From NCBI GenBank assembly GCA_003553945.1, contig PWEL01000039.1, positions 2,571 through 66,570 on the forward strand: a stretch of 64,000 nt of DNA, written 5' to 3'. Position numbers and translations under genes: made by a program. This document shows, piece after piece, positions 36,941-46,334 of the stretch. This DNA is from Mollicutes bacterium. Its GTDB lineage: Bacteria; Bacillota_I; Bacilli_A; Izemoplasmatales; Izemoplasmataceae. The stretch's first letter is position 1, and each line of letters opens with the position of its first letter. A model generated the notes under the pieces. That model did no database searches. It had not been told where the DNA came from and saw nothing but the letters and a program-made list of their open reading frames with translations.

Positions 36941-38573
36941 AGAAGCAGCTGCCGCCGATGAATTCGCGGAGAAGGCTGTTGTTGGGGACATAGGTGTCGT
37001 CGACGTCCTTGAAGTATTTGAGGAACTTGATCAGGCGGTTGGCGGTGATGAAGTGCTCGCTGTCCCTCGGGATCTCCATCAGCGTGTCGAGTGCGTATTT
37101 CTTCATGACGCAGAGTTCATAGGCAAGCGAGGAATTGAAGATATAGTCGGCGCCTTCCTGGTGCGGATAGATCCATTTGAACTCGCCCTTTCTCACCGAT
37201 CCCCACATGCCGATGGTCTTGCTGGCGGGGGCGTTGCGGAACTTCTTGTCCCTTACGATACGCCTGAGCAGCCTCAGGTTCGTGATGCTGATGGGGTTGT
37301 GATAGTCGATGTTGAGCTGGAGCTGGGGACTGATGAAGATCTTGAATTTCTGGTGCTTGGGGATCAGCTCGGTCAGCGTCTCGTTGAGCGCGTGGATGCC
37401 CTCGATGATGATGGGGTTGTTCGCGGTGATCTGAAGCTTTTTATAGCCGGAGCGCTTCTTGGTCATGAAATCGAAATTGGGGATTTTGACTTCCTTGCCC
37501 TGGATGAGGTCGAGCATGTTCTGGTTGAAGAGGTCGATATCAAGCGTGTTGATGTGCTCGAGGTCGATATGGCCGTTCTCGTCGGGTTCTATCTGGTCGC
37601 GGTCGAGGTAGTAATCATCCAGCGAGATCATCACCGGATTCATTCCCTGGGTCATCAGTTCAACACGGAGTCGGTTGGAGAAGGTGGTCTTGCCGCTTGA
37701 AGAGGGGCCGGCGATGGCGATGAGACGGACATCGCCGCTGTTCTCCTTCACTCGTTGTCCGATCTCTGAGAGCATCTGGTTGTGTTTCGCCTCGTTCATC
37801 TGGACGAAATCGACGATTCTTTCACTCTCGGCATGGCGGTTCATCTTCGCGATGGTGTTCGCCTCGATCATCTCGACCCAGCGGTTGGCTTCGCGCAGGG
37901 TGCGTCCGTAGATTGGCGCATCCACAAACGGAGGGATCTTCCCGCCGGTCTCCGCCCGCGGGTACTGGAAGACGAAACCGGGGGGATAGGCACGCAGGGT
38001 GAATTCCTTGAGGTATCCGGTCGAGGGGACCATGAGGCTGTACATATAGTTGAGGTAGCCGTCGCATTCATAGAAATGGACCACGTCTTCCGGGCGGTAC
38101 TTGATGACATCGAGTTTATCGTCGTAGCCGTGCTTCTTGTAGAACTCCACGGCTTCGTCCTTGTCCATTTCGTAACGTCGGATCGGCAGGTCGGCCTCTA
38201 CGAGACGTTTCATCTCCTCTCTCAGTTCATCGATGATGCGTCCGAGCTCGCCTCTTTGTTCGAGGTTGAGGATGTGGCAGAAGACCGAACGGGAGATGCT
38301 ATAGTTGAATTTGAACTCGAATTCAGGATAGAGGTTGTGAAAGGCCATGGCGATGAGATAGCGCATGCTGGCTTCATAGACATGGATGGCTTCGGGATGT
38401 TCTGTGTTCAAAAACTCGACAGTCGCGTCGTAATCGACCTCGTAATGCAGCTCCCGCATGCGGTTGTTGACGAGTGCGATGAAATAGTCGCGCGCGGGGT
38501 CGTCGATCAGATCGAGCAGCCGGACCTTTTCCTTGTATTGTTTTTCTGTGCCTTCGATGTTCAACGTGAACAT
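36939..38573 (-). CDS. Uridine-kinase/phosphoribulokinase-family nucleoside kinase with an N-terminal ThrRS/TGS-like extension
   Basis: P-loop IAIAGPSSSGKTTFSNRL. The start at ATG 38573 (MFTLNIEG) is preceded by AAGGAG; the ORF-track extension to 38819 has no support. Confidence 0.8.
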   Translation of the reverse strand: MFTLNIEGTEKQYKEKVRLLDLIDDPARDYFIALVNNRMRELHYEVDYDATVEFLNTEHPEAIHVYEASMRYLIAMAFHNLYPEFEFKFNYSISRSVFCHILNLEQRGELGRIIDELREEMKRLVEADLPIRRYEMDKDEAVEFYKKHGYDDKLDVIKYRPEDVVHFYECDGYLNYMYSLMVPSTGYLKEFTLRAYPPGFVFQYPRAETGGKIPPFVDAPIYGRTLREANRWVEMIEANTIAKMNRHAESERIVDFVQMNEAKHNQMLSEIGQRVKENSGDVRLIAIAGPSSSGKTTFSNRLRVELMTQGMNPVMISLDDYYLDRDQIEPDENGHIDLEHINTLDIDLFNQNMLDLIQGKEVKIPNFDFMTKKRSGYKKLQITANNPIIIEGIHALNETLTELIPKHQKFKIFISPQLQLNIDYHNPISITNLRLLRRIVRDKKFRNAPASKTIGMWGSVRKGEFKWIYPHQEGADYIFNSSLAYELCVMKKYALDTLMEIPRDSEHFITANRLIKFLKYFKDVDDTYVPNNSLLREFIGGSCF

Positions 38574-38700
38574 GGCGGGTCTCCTTTCTTGAAACCAAAG
38601 GGTAGGAATATCATTATACCAATCCACAGTCCTTTTTAAAAGGAAATTTTCCGCGAAAAAAAGCGTTTGATATGGTAGGATATATATAGGAGGGATAAGC

Positions 38701-39027
38701 ATGGCCAAACACTTTGTCGAAATGCTTGAAACACTCGAAAGCGAAGGGAAGGTCCGTATCGAGATCGCCAGCACCCCGGTCCTCATCATCCATGATGCGG
38801 GGGAGGTGTACGCCGTCAACGACCGTTGTCCGCATATGCGCGCCTCGCTTTATAAAGGAGATTACGAGGCCGGCGTCGTTACCTGTAAGAAGCACAATGC
38901 CGAGATCGACGTGAAGACCGGAGAGATTCTGAAAAAAGCGCATCTCGGACCGATTAAGATGCCTACACGACGTGCAAAGACCTACAATGCCTTTGTGGAG
39001 GACGGGAAGGTCTTTGTGGAAATTTAA
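38701..39027 (+). CDS. Stand-alone Rieske-type [2Fe-2S] domain protein
   Basis: CPH-x17-CKKH Rieske ligand pattern. RBS AGGAGGG. Confidence 0.75.
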   Translation: MAKHFVEMLETLESEGKVRIEIASTPVLIIHDAGEVYAVNDRCPHMRASLYKGDYEAGVVTCKKHNAEIDVKTGEILKKAHLGPIKMPTRRAKTYNAFVEDGKVFVEI

Positions 39028-39083
39028 CATTTTCCTTTTCAACAGGGCGCATTCATGGTAAAATACATTGCGAAATCCAAGGT

Positions 39084-39160
39084 GCCGCTTTAGCTCCAAC
39101 AGGTAGAGCAATTCCATGGTAAGGAAGAGGTTGCTGGTTCGAGTCCAGCAAGCGGCACCA
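39084..39160 (+). tRNA. tRNA-Thr (anticodon GGT), encoded CCA
   Basis: Manual fold: acceptor GCCGCTT/AAGCGGC, D arm GCTC/GAGC, anticodon loop ATGGTAA, T arm GCTGG-TTCGAGT-CCAGC, discriminator A + CCA. A possible own promoter lies upstream (TTCAAC 39038-39043; TGG-TAAAAT 39056-39064). Confidence 0.8.
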
Positions 39161-39207
39161 TTTTATTCCTTCCCTTCATAAGTATGCTCTCAAGGAGTCG
39201 CTGATTT

Positions 39208-39297
39208 ATGATTGAAAAGTACGCACTGATCAAGAAGATTCTCTTCATTGTACTTATCATTCTCCTTATCACGCTTTCGATCATGGTCTTTGTATAG
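39208..39297 (+). CDS. Candidate 29-aa hydrophobic small protein (MIEKYALIKKILFIVLIIILLITLSIMVFV)
   Basis: AAGGAG lies 10 nt upstream of the ATG. A single predicted TM helix. Sits between tRNA-Thr and a strong terminator. There is no homology evidence. Confidence 0.3.
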   Translation: MIEKYALIKKILFIVLIILLITLSIMVFV

Positions 39298-39315
39298 TTT
39301 TTATAATCATGTTGT

Positions 39316-39359
39316 AAAAAAGCGCCGATGAGCTTTTAAACCGCTCATCGGCGCTTTTT
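39316..39359. terminator. Bidirectional intrinsic terminator
   Basis: 12-bp stem GCGCCGATGAGC / GCTCATCGGCGC, flanked by A6 and T5. Confidence 0.8.
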
Positions 39360-39372
39360 CTATGGATGAGGA

Positions 39373-40149
39373 TCAGGGCCCGCCCGGACCCGGGACGGAA
39401 TCAGGAGGGCCTGGCATGGGGGATTCCATGTCGATTGCGTCCATTACATCCCTCAGCTCCCCGACGGAATAGTCGGCGAGTTCTTCGAAAGTGTAGTCGT
39501 CCGTCTCTTCGAGGATCGCATCGATCAGTCTTACTCGCATCACGCCGATGTCATGGTCTTGAGCGCGGTCAATGACGTCCGCTTCGGGACGGCCCTGATG
39601 GCCGCGCATCATGTCGATGTCGGGGATCCTTTCCTGCGCGACTTCCGGAATGCGTTGCTCGAGATGCTGGGTGTGGCGCCCTGCGAGCGCTTCATCATCG
39701 CTGACTGCGTCATAGAGGATGTGGGGAGCGTCTTCGCTCAGATGTCCTGTCTCGATGGCGTTTTCAATGATGCGTTCAATCGCTGTGTCGAAGTCTCCCC
39801 CCTCAATATCATCGATGTGTTCGATGAAAGCATCACCATCGTCGTTCTCTCCCTTCAGGGCGAGGACGGTGTCCTCCTCGTCGACGTCGAGGCGGATGCT
39901 CGGGTTGATTTCCAGATAGACCTGTGAGTAGGAGGTTTCAGAGGGGATGATGAACAGCGCGAGCAAGAGCACCGCGACGAGTGAAGTGAACGCGAGGGCG
40001 TAGACGGGCCTGCGCCTGCGCTTCTCTCTGTGCGCGCTTCTTTCTATGAACGCGCGGAATTGCGGCGAGGCCTTGACGCTGTCCTTTACATCCGGCGTAT
40101 GCGCCTTCGCTTTTCTGCGGATGTGTCTTTTCATGTCTTTTTCACGCAT
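39373..40149 (-). CDS. Putative single-pass anti-sigma factor
   Basis: Its start overlaps the sigma gene stop by 8 nt. Basic cytoplasmic N-terminus, one TM (YALAFTSLVAVLLLALFII), an acidic extracytoplasmic part with YLEINPSIRLDV resembling RsgI-type domains, and a Pro/Gly tail. Confidence 0.6.
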   Translation of the reverse strand: MREKDMKRHIRRKAKAHTPDVKDSVKASPQFRAFIERSAHREKRRRRPVYALAFTSLVAVLLLALFIIPSETSYSQVYLEINPSIRLDVDEEDTVLALKGENDDGDAFIEHIDDIEGGDFDTAIERIIENAIETGHLSEDAPHILYDAVSDDEALAGRHTQHLEQRIPEVAQERIPDIDMMRGHQGRPEADVIDRAQDHDIGVMRVRLIDAILEETDDYTFEELADYSVGELRDVMDAIDMESPMPGPPDSVPGPGGP

Positions 40150-40663
40150 CTTGCTCCCCTCCTTCCTTTCGCATTTTCTCAAGGGCCCGCTTGTATTTCC
40201 AGGTAATCGTGCCCAGTGGTTTATCCAACGCCTCGGCGATGGTCTTGTGGGTCTCATTCAGCACCGCGTGGCGGATGACGATCTCCTTTTCCTCTTCGCC
40301 GAGCACCTCGAGGAGTTCCTGGGTGTAGGCTTTCTTCTCCAGCTGCGCTGATTCGCTGGTGTATTCGGCGGTCTGATCCGAGGGCGTCTCTTTCTGTCTT
40401 TGCTTGATGGCGTTCAATGCCGTGCGCTTGGCGATGGTCTTGATCCAGGCTCTGAACTTGCCCCGGCCTTCGTAGCGCTCGAGATGTTCGATCATCTTCA
40501 GGTAGGTATCCTGCATGAGGTCCTCGCTGAGCTGGACATCTTTCACGACATAGTAGATGGTGTAGTAGACATCCGCCCTTGTCGCTTCATAAATATGGTC
40601 AAAGGTGTCTTCATCTCCCTTTTTGAACGCTTTTACATATTTTTCGAGTCTGCGGTTGTTCAT
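40142..40663 (-). CDS. ECF-type RNA polymerase sigma-70 family factor
   Basis: Region 2 (DLMQDTYLKMIEHLERY) and region 4 HTH (HKTIAEALDKPLGTITWKYKRAL). RBS GAGGTGAG precedes ATG 40663. Confidence 0.85.
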   Translation of the reverse strand: MNNRRLEKYVKAFKKGDEDTFDHIYEATRADVYYTIYYVVKDVQLSEDLMQDTYLKMIEHLERYEGRGKFRAWIKTIAKRTALNAIKQRQKETPSDQTAEYTSESAQLEKKAYTQELLEVLGEEEKEIVIRHAVLNETHKTIAEALDKPLGTITWKYKRALEKMRKEGGEQDA

Positions 40664-40786
40664 GGTACTCACCTCGGTGGTCTTCATCCTTATAACAATG
40701 CATAAGGAGATTTTATTGGAAAAAAGACAATTTTCTTTTGTCCCGTCGAAAGCAGTGGTAAGATAGAAGTGAAAGGACTGATGACA

Positions 40787-41896
40787 ATGCGTTTTGTAGC
40801 GACGGCGGCCTTCGGTGTCGAAGCGGTGGTGAAGAGAGAGCTCATCGGTTCAGGTTTCGATGTCGAGAAGGTGGAGAACGGACGTGTCTATTTTAACACA
40901 GATATCGAAGGAATGATGCGGGCGAATCTATCTTTGCGCGCCGCCGACAGGGTGTACATGGTGCTCAGCGCAAGGGAGGTCCTGTCATTCGATGCGCTCT
41001 ATGAATGGGTGAAGGGCATACCCTTTGAAGAGTATCTTGATCTCAAGGGCCGTTTCCATATCGATGCGAACAGCGTGAAATCAACGCTCTACAGCGAGCG
41101 CGACATCCAGTCGATCACGAAGAAGGCGCTCATAGACCGCTTGAAGGAGCGCACGGGAACCGAGCGGTTCAAGGAAGAGGGCGACAGGCACCGCATCCTC
41201 ATCACCCTGCGCGGGGACGCTGCGGAAGCGTGGCTCGACACGAGCGGCGAGGCGCTTTTCAAAAGGGGCTACAGGAGCGAACAGGTCGAGGCGCCCATCA
41301 AGGAGACGCTCGCCGCGGCGCTCGTGCTGCTGAGCTTCTATGAAAGGGGCAGGACGCTGTATGATCCTTTCTGCGGTTCAGGGACGATCGCCATCGAGGC
41401 CGCCATGATTGCGAAATCCATCGCGCCCGGTCTTTTCCGCTCCTTCGATTTTGAGCATTTCATCTTTACGGACAATGCAGCGTATCAGCGGCTCAGGAAA
41501 GAAGCCTACAGTGCAATCGACCATAGCGTGGAGGAGAGCATCCATGCGAGTGACATCGACCATGCCGCCGCACGCGCGACAGAGGAGAATGCACTTAATG
41601 CCGGCGTCGATGATATCGTGGACATCACTATCTCGGATGTGCGGCATGTCACATTCCCACCCTATGCCGTGGTGATCACCAATCCCCCCTACGGGAGCCG
41701 CCTGGAAGGGGATGAAGACCTTTATGAAGCGTTGGGGAATAAGATCCGGGAATCGAATACATGCTCATTCTACGTCCTGACACCCTTCCAGGGTGTGGAA
41801 AAGACATTCAAAAGACGCGCCGACAAGACCAGGGTCCTCTTCAACGGCCCGCTCAAGACAAGGCTTTATCAATATCACGGCCCGCCGCCGCAATGA
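40787..41896 (+). CDS. THUMP-domain class I SAM-dependent RNA methyltransferase (RlmL/YpsC-like)
   Basis: N-terminal THUMP region, DPFCGSGTI SAM motif and NPPYG catalytic motif. The start could also be ATG 40781. Confidence 0.85.
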   Translation: MRFVATAAFGVEAVVKRELIGSGFDVEKVENGRVYFNTDIEGMMRANLSLRAADRVYMVLSAREVLSFDALYEWVKGIPFEEYLDLKGRFHIDANSVKSTLYSERDIQSITKKALIDRLKERTGTERFKEEGDRHRILITLRGDAAEAWLDTSGEALFKRGYRSEQVEAPIKETLAAALVLLSFYERGRTLYDPFCGSGTIAIEAAMIAKSIAPGLFRSFDFEHFIFTDNAAYQRLRKEAYSAIDHSVEESIHASDIDHAAARATEENALNAGVDDIVDITISDVRHVTFPPYAVVITNPPYGSRLEGDEDLYEALGNKIRESNTCSFYVLTPFQGVEKTFKRRADKTRVLFNGPLKTRLYQYHGPPPQ

Positions 41897-41925
41897 AAAA
41901 GCTTCCCTTCTCAGGAAGCTTTTTT
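41896..41925. terminator. Bidirectional terminator overlapping the 3' end of the TetR gene
   Basis: Stem AGCTTCC / GGAAGCT with a 7-nt loop, flanked by A5 and T5. Confidence 0.6.
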
Positions 41926-42531
41926 CGTGAATAAGCCGGTGCTCAAGAGATCCATCACCACATCGACAATGCGCTCGATGTCGTTATCGCCTTCACCGAG
42001 GTCCATGATGACCTTCAGCGCGACGAAGTTGGTGATGCCCATGAGGACGAAACTGAGCACCTCGAGGTCCAAATCGCGGATCTCGCCCTGTCGTCGTGCC
42101 TCCTTTAGACCGTTCACATAGCGTGCGGAGAAGGATTCATAGTACTCCTTGAAGAGTTTCCTATCGATGTAGAGCGATTCCCAGATGATGTTGTAGATCT
42201 CCGGGCGCCGCTCGGCGTATTCGATGAAGGCCTTGATGCCCTCGCGTTCTTTCTGATAGCGTGTCGTCGCCGCACCGACGCGTGTGGCGATCTCTCTGCG
42301 GATGTCCTTCGAGAGTGTGAAGAGGAGATGTTGATAGAGCACCTTCTTGCTGGGGAAGTAGAGGTAGAAGGTGCCTGCGGCGACGCCCGCCGCCTGTGTG
42401 ATGTCGTTGATGGTCGTGCCGTGGTAGCCGTTTTCATAGAAGAGGCGCAGAGCGGCCTTCTCGATTTCATCGAACGTGATGCGCGCATTTCTCGTGGTGG
42501 GTTCCTTGATGTTCAGATTGCCTAGTTTCAT
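41911..42531 (-). CDS. TetR/AcrR-family transcriptional regulator
   Basis: N-terminal HTH (GYHGTTINDITQAAGVAAGTFYLYFPSK). AAGGAG lies 8 nt before the ATG. Divergent from the thiolase operon. Confidence 0.85.
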   Translation of the reverse strand: MKLGNLNIKEPTTRNARITFDEIEKAALRLFYENGYHGTTINDITQAAGVAAGTFYLYFPSKKVLYQHLLFTLSKDIRREIATRVGAATTRYQKEREGIKAFIEYAERRPEIYNIIWESLYIDRKLFKEYYESFSARYVNGLKEARRQGEIRDLDLEVLSFVLMGITNFVALKVIMDLGEGDNDIERIVDVVMDLLSTGLFTKKAS

Positions 42532-42570
42532 AGCCTGAGCTCCTTTACAGAAGAAAGATAACGTATGATA

Positions 42571-42603
42571 GTAAGCGTTTTATTGACAGTGTAAGCGTTT
42601 TAT
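42571..42603. repeat. Two direct copies of GTAAGCGTTTTAT spaced 20 bp apart, bracketing the -35 box
   Basis: The copies at 42571-42583 and 42591-42603 are identical. Confidence 0.6.
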
Positions 42604-42611
42604 GCTACTAT
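42583..42611 (+). promoter_or_regulatory. Putative sigma-A promoter of the thiolase operon
   Basis: TTGACA (42583-42588), a 17-nt spacer, then TACTAT (42606-42611). Confidence 0.5.
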
Positions 42612-42723
42612 GTGAATAACCATTCAGTTTATGAACATATATTCACAAACTGAAGGGTTGTTCACAATCGAGTATAAACCAGAAACACAGTTTTTACAAG
42701 CAATTACTTAAGGAGGATTTATT

Positions 42724-43938
42724 GTGAAGAAAGCGTATGTCGTTTCAGCCAAGCGTTCACCGATCGGTGCGTTCATGGGATCGCTCTCCAAGCTGCATCC
42801 GGCGGAGTACGGAGCAGAAGTGTTGAAAGCGGCTTTGAAGGAAGGCGATGTCTCGGCGGAGCACCTCGATGAGGTCATCGTCGGCAATATACTGCCTGCG
42901 GGGCTCGGGATGAATGTCGCGAGACAGATCTCCCTCAAGGCGGAAGTGCCTGAAACCACCCCCGCGTATGCTGTGAACATGGTGTGCGGTTCAGGGATGA
43001 AGTCCGTCATCAATGCCGTTACGAGCATCCAGAACGGAGACAGCGACGTCATCGCCGCCGGCGGTGTCGAGTCGATGTCGAAAGCGCCCTATATTCTACC
43101 AGACAAGCTCAGAAAGGGCAACAAGATGGGCGGCTTCAAAGTGAAGGACCACATGATCGACGATGCGCTCACCGACGTCTTCAACGGCATTCACATGGGC
43201 GTGACGGCCGAGAACATCGTCAGAAAATACAGCATCTCCAGAGAGGCGCAGGACGCCTTCTCGCTCGATTCTCAGAAGAAAGCGGCCAAAGCACAGGATG
43301 AAGGCCGTTTCAAGGACGAGATCGTCCCTATCGACGTTCCGGACCGCAAGAACCCCTTCACGTTCGAACATGACGAGCACATCAACCGCAAGGCGACCGC
43401 TGAAGCTCTCGCCAAGCTGCGCCCTGCATTCGAGAAGGACGGCACAGTGACGGCGGGCAATGCATCGGGCATCAACGACGGTGCGAGCTTCATGCTCATC
43501 GTCAGTGAAGATGCGCTCGAGAAATATGACCTCACGCCTATCGCGGAGATCGCCGGATTCGGACAAGGCGGCGTCGACCCCGCCTACATGGGGCTCGGGC
43601 CCACGCCGGCGATCAAGAATGCGCTCGACCATGCTTCGCTCTCGATCAAGGATATCGGACTCTTCGAGCTCAATGAAGCGTTCGCGGCTCAGAGCCTCGG
43701 TGTCTTCACCGAACTCGAGGAGGCTTTCGGAGAGGACAAGGAATCCCTGCTAGAGCGTACGAACGTCAACGGCGGCGCCATCGCACTCGGACACCCCGTC
43801 GGCGCGAGCGGCAACCGCATCACGGTAACGCTCCTGCATGAGATGCTCAAGCGGGAGACATCATACGGACTCGCCTCCCTTTGCATCGGCGGAGGCATGG
43901 GCACCACATTAATTCTTAAAACGGAGGGTCTGCAATGA
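42724..43938 (+). CDS. Acetyl-CoA C-acetyltransferase (thiolase II)
   Basis: GTG start after AAGGAGG. Active-site motifs [33 protein letters not shown] and CIGGGMG. Confidence 0.9.
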   Translation: MKKAYVVSAKRSPIGAFMGSLSKLHPAEYGAEVLKAALKEGDVSAEHLDEVIVGNILPAGLGMNVARQISLKAEVPETTPAYAVNMVCGSGMKSVINAVTSIQNGDSDVIAAGGVESMSKAPYILPDKLRKGNKMGGFKVKDHMIDDALTDVFNGIHMGVTAENIVRKYSISREAQDAFSLDSQKKAAKAQDEGRFKDEIVPIDVPDRKNPFTFEHDEHINRKATAEALAKLRPAFEKDGTVTAGNASGINDGASFMLIVSEDALEKYDLTPIAEIAGFGQGGVDPAYMGLGPTPAIKNALDHASLSIKDIGLFELNEAFAAQSLGVFTELEEAFGEDKESLLERTNVNGGAIALGHPVGASGNRITVTLLHEMLKRETSYGLASLCIGGGMGTTLILKTEGLQ

Positions 43939-44654
43939 GACTTAAGAACAAGGTAGCTTTGATCACCGGAGGCGCACAGGGCCTCGGACTCGCAATGTCG
44001 GAACGTTTCGCCGAGGAAGGTGCGAAGGTCGTAGCCATCGACCTTCAGGAAGCGTCGTTCGATGAAGAGAACATCCAATCGGCACAGCTCGATGTCACCA
44101 ATGAAGAGGCCTGCGAGACGTTCTTCAATGAAATCGTCGAACAATATGGACAGGTCGACATCCTCATCAACAACGGCGGCATCACGAAGGACGGCATGAC
44201 GAAAAAGATGAAGGGTGAGGACTGGGACGCCGTGATGAATGTCAACTTGAAAGGCGCATTCAACCTGACGCGTCATGTCGGGCCGCATATGGAGAAACAG
44301 GGCGGCGGCGCCATCATCAACATCTCCAGCGTCGTCGGGGAATATGGCAACATCGGCCAGGCGAACTACGCCGCGAGCAAGGCCGGCCTCATCGGTGCCA
44401 GCAAGACCTGGGCCAAGGAATTTTCCAGAAAGGGCGTCCCCGTGAGGGTCAACGCCATCGCACCCGGTTATGTCATGACCGATATACTGAAGACTGTCCC
44501 AGAGGACCTTCTCGATAAATTCGCGAAGATGACCATGCTCGGACGTCTCGGAGAACCGAAGGAAATCGCCGACGCCGCACTGTTTTTGGCCAGTGACGAA
44601 GCGAGCTACATCACCGGGCACACGTTGAGCGTCAACGGCGGCATGAGACTTTAA
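43935..44654 (+). CDS. fabG: 3-oxoacyl-(ACP/CoA) reductase, classical SDR
   Basis: TGGAQGLG cofactor motif, NNGG, and the catalytic YAASKAG tetrad region. Confidence 0.85.
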   Translation: MRLKNKVALITGGAQGLGLAMSERFAEEGAKVVAIDLQEASFDEENIQSAQLDVTNEEACETFFNEIVEQYGQVDILINNGGITKDGMTKKMKGEDWDAVMNVNLKGAFNLTRHVGPHMEKQGGGAIINISSVVGEYGNIGQANYAASKAGLIGASKTWAKEFSRKGVPVRVNAIAPGYVMTDILKTVPEDLLDKFAKMTMLGRLGEPKEIADAALFLASDEASYITGHTLSVNGGMRL

Positions 44655-44665
44655 GGAGTGGTAGT

Positions 44666-45691
44666 ATGGCCGATATCTATGTCGGCGTCCTCGGAACAGG
44701 CATCTATCTCCCTTCCAAGACGCGCAGTGCGAAAGAGATCGCCGAGGCGACGGAAGGCAACTGGACCGAGGAGAACATCATCAAGAAACTCGGAATCAAA
44801 CAAGTGTATGTCCCCGGAGAAGGGGACGGCACTCAGGAAATGTCCGCAAAAGCTGCGGAACAAGCGCTTGAAAATAGCGGCGTAGGCGCGGAGAGCATCG
44901 ATCTCATCCTCGATGTCAGTGAAGAGTGGAAGGAATACCCTCTGACCACCTCCGCGCTCTACGTCCAGGGCGCCATCGGCGCAAGAAACGCCTGGGGCAT
45001 CGACGTGCAGAACCGCTGCGCGACCTCCCTGAGCGCCTTCAAGATGGCGAAGGATATGATGATCGCGGATGAGACGATCGACACCGTCCTCATCACCGGC
45101 GGGTACCGGAACGGCGACCTCATCGACTACAGCGACCCGCATGTGTCGATGATGTACAATCTATCCGCCGGCGCCGGCGCCATGGTGCTCAGGAAGCATC
45201 ATGCCCGCAACCGGATACTAGGCTCCCACCTGATCGCCGACGGCACCCTCGCACGAACGGCGGGTGTGGAGATCGGCGGCACGAAGCATCCCACGACAAG
45301 AGAGAACCTTGAAGACGCCAAAACCTCGCTGCGCCTCATGGAGCCCGAGAAGATGAAGGCGCGCCTGAATGAAGTGTCGGTGCCGAACTGGTTCCACTGC
45401 ATCGACAGGGCGCTTGAGAAATCGGGCAAGACCCGCGAGGATATCGACTACCTCGCCATCCTGCATATCAAGCGCTCCGCGCACGAAGGCATGCTCAAGG
45501 AGCTAGGCCTGAGCGATGAGCAGACGATCTATCTCGAGGATTACGGCCACATGGGCCAGATCGACCAGATCCTTTCTCTGCATCTTGCGCAGGAACAGGG
45601 CAAGATCAAGGACGGTGACACCATCGCCCTCATCGCGGCCGGCATCGGCTATGTCTGGGGCGCGTCGATCATCGAATGGGGTGACGCCTGA
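44666..45691 (+). CDS. KAS III (FabH)-like condensing enzyme, atypical third catalytic position
   Basis: Active-site Cys in NRCATS and a His in ILHIKRS. The position normally GNTSAAS reads GHMGQID. Confidence 0.75.
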   Translation: MADIYVGVLGTGIYLPSKTRSAKEIAEATEGNWTEENIIKKLGIKQVYVPGEGDGTQEMSAKAAEQALENSGVGAESIDLILDVSEEWKEYPLTTSALYVQGAIGARNAWGIDVQNRCATSLSAFKMAKDMMIADETIDTVLITGGYRNGDLIDYSDPHVSMMYNLSAGAGAMVLRKHHARNRILGSHLIADGTLARTAGVEIGGTKHPTTRENLEDAKTSLRLMEPEKMKARLNEVSVPNWFHCIDRALEKSGKTREDIDYLAILHIKRSAHEGMLKELGLSDEQTIYLEDYGHMGQIDQILSLHLAQEQGKIKDGDTIALIAAGIGYVWGASIIEWGDA

Positions 45692-46334
45692 TGGATATCG
45701 TCACCCAACTTCTTCGCATTATATTCAACAGCCTCCAGACCGGAAGCATCTACGCCCTTGCGGCGCTGGGTATCGTCCTCATCTTCAGGACGTCGAGGAC
45801 GACGAACTTCGCGCAGGGCTCGATCGGTACATTGAACGCCTATGTCGCGGCCATGGCCATGGCGAGTCTCGGCTGGAACATATGGGCCGTGGCGCTGCTT
45901 TCGATCATCACGGCGTTTTTCACCGGCGTCATCATCGACAAGTTCATCCTGAGGCCGGTCGCGAAGGTGAGCCCCATCTCCAAGCAGATCATCACCCTCG
46001 GCCTCATCATGGTGATTGTCGGCATCATACCGTTCATATTCGGCGTCGAGACCTACAGGCTGCCGCGTTTCATCGCTGCGGGACGCTACGACATCCTCGG
46101 TGCGACGCTGCGCCTCAACACCATCTTCACTGTTGGCCTGTCACTCGCGCTCATGGGATTCATCTTCTGGTTCATCCAGTATACGAAATGGGGCCTCGCC
46201 ATCCGCGTGACCGCTTCGGATGAGGCGACGTCGCGCCTGATGGGCGTCCCCACGAAGACGGTGACCACCATGTCGTGGGCGGTTGCGGCCATTCTCGGTA
46301 CCCTCGCGGCTTTGATCGTCGCCCCGCAGGCGAA
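45691..46334 (+). pseudogene. 5' fragment (~210 codons) of a LivH-type branched-chain amino-acid ABC permease
   Basis: LivH-like sequence up to ...MSWAVAAILGTLAALIVAPQ. After that the frame continues into unrelated residues (read out of frame from the next remnant). The C-terminal ~80 aa of the family are absent. Confidence 0.7.

Noticed and set aside
38614-39117. A 167-aa minus-strand ORF spanning the Rieske gene and tRNA-Thr.
   Set aside because: It overlaps a motif-supported CDS and a well-folding tRNA on the other strand, and it has no RBS or family signal.
8728-39160. The two tRNA genes as boundaries of an integrated genomic island (purine operon plus lipoprotein array).
   Set aside because: There is no integrase, recombinase, transposase or phage gene anywhere in the window. 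I did not see a direct repeat of either tRNA 3' end.
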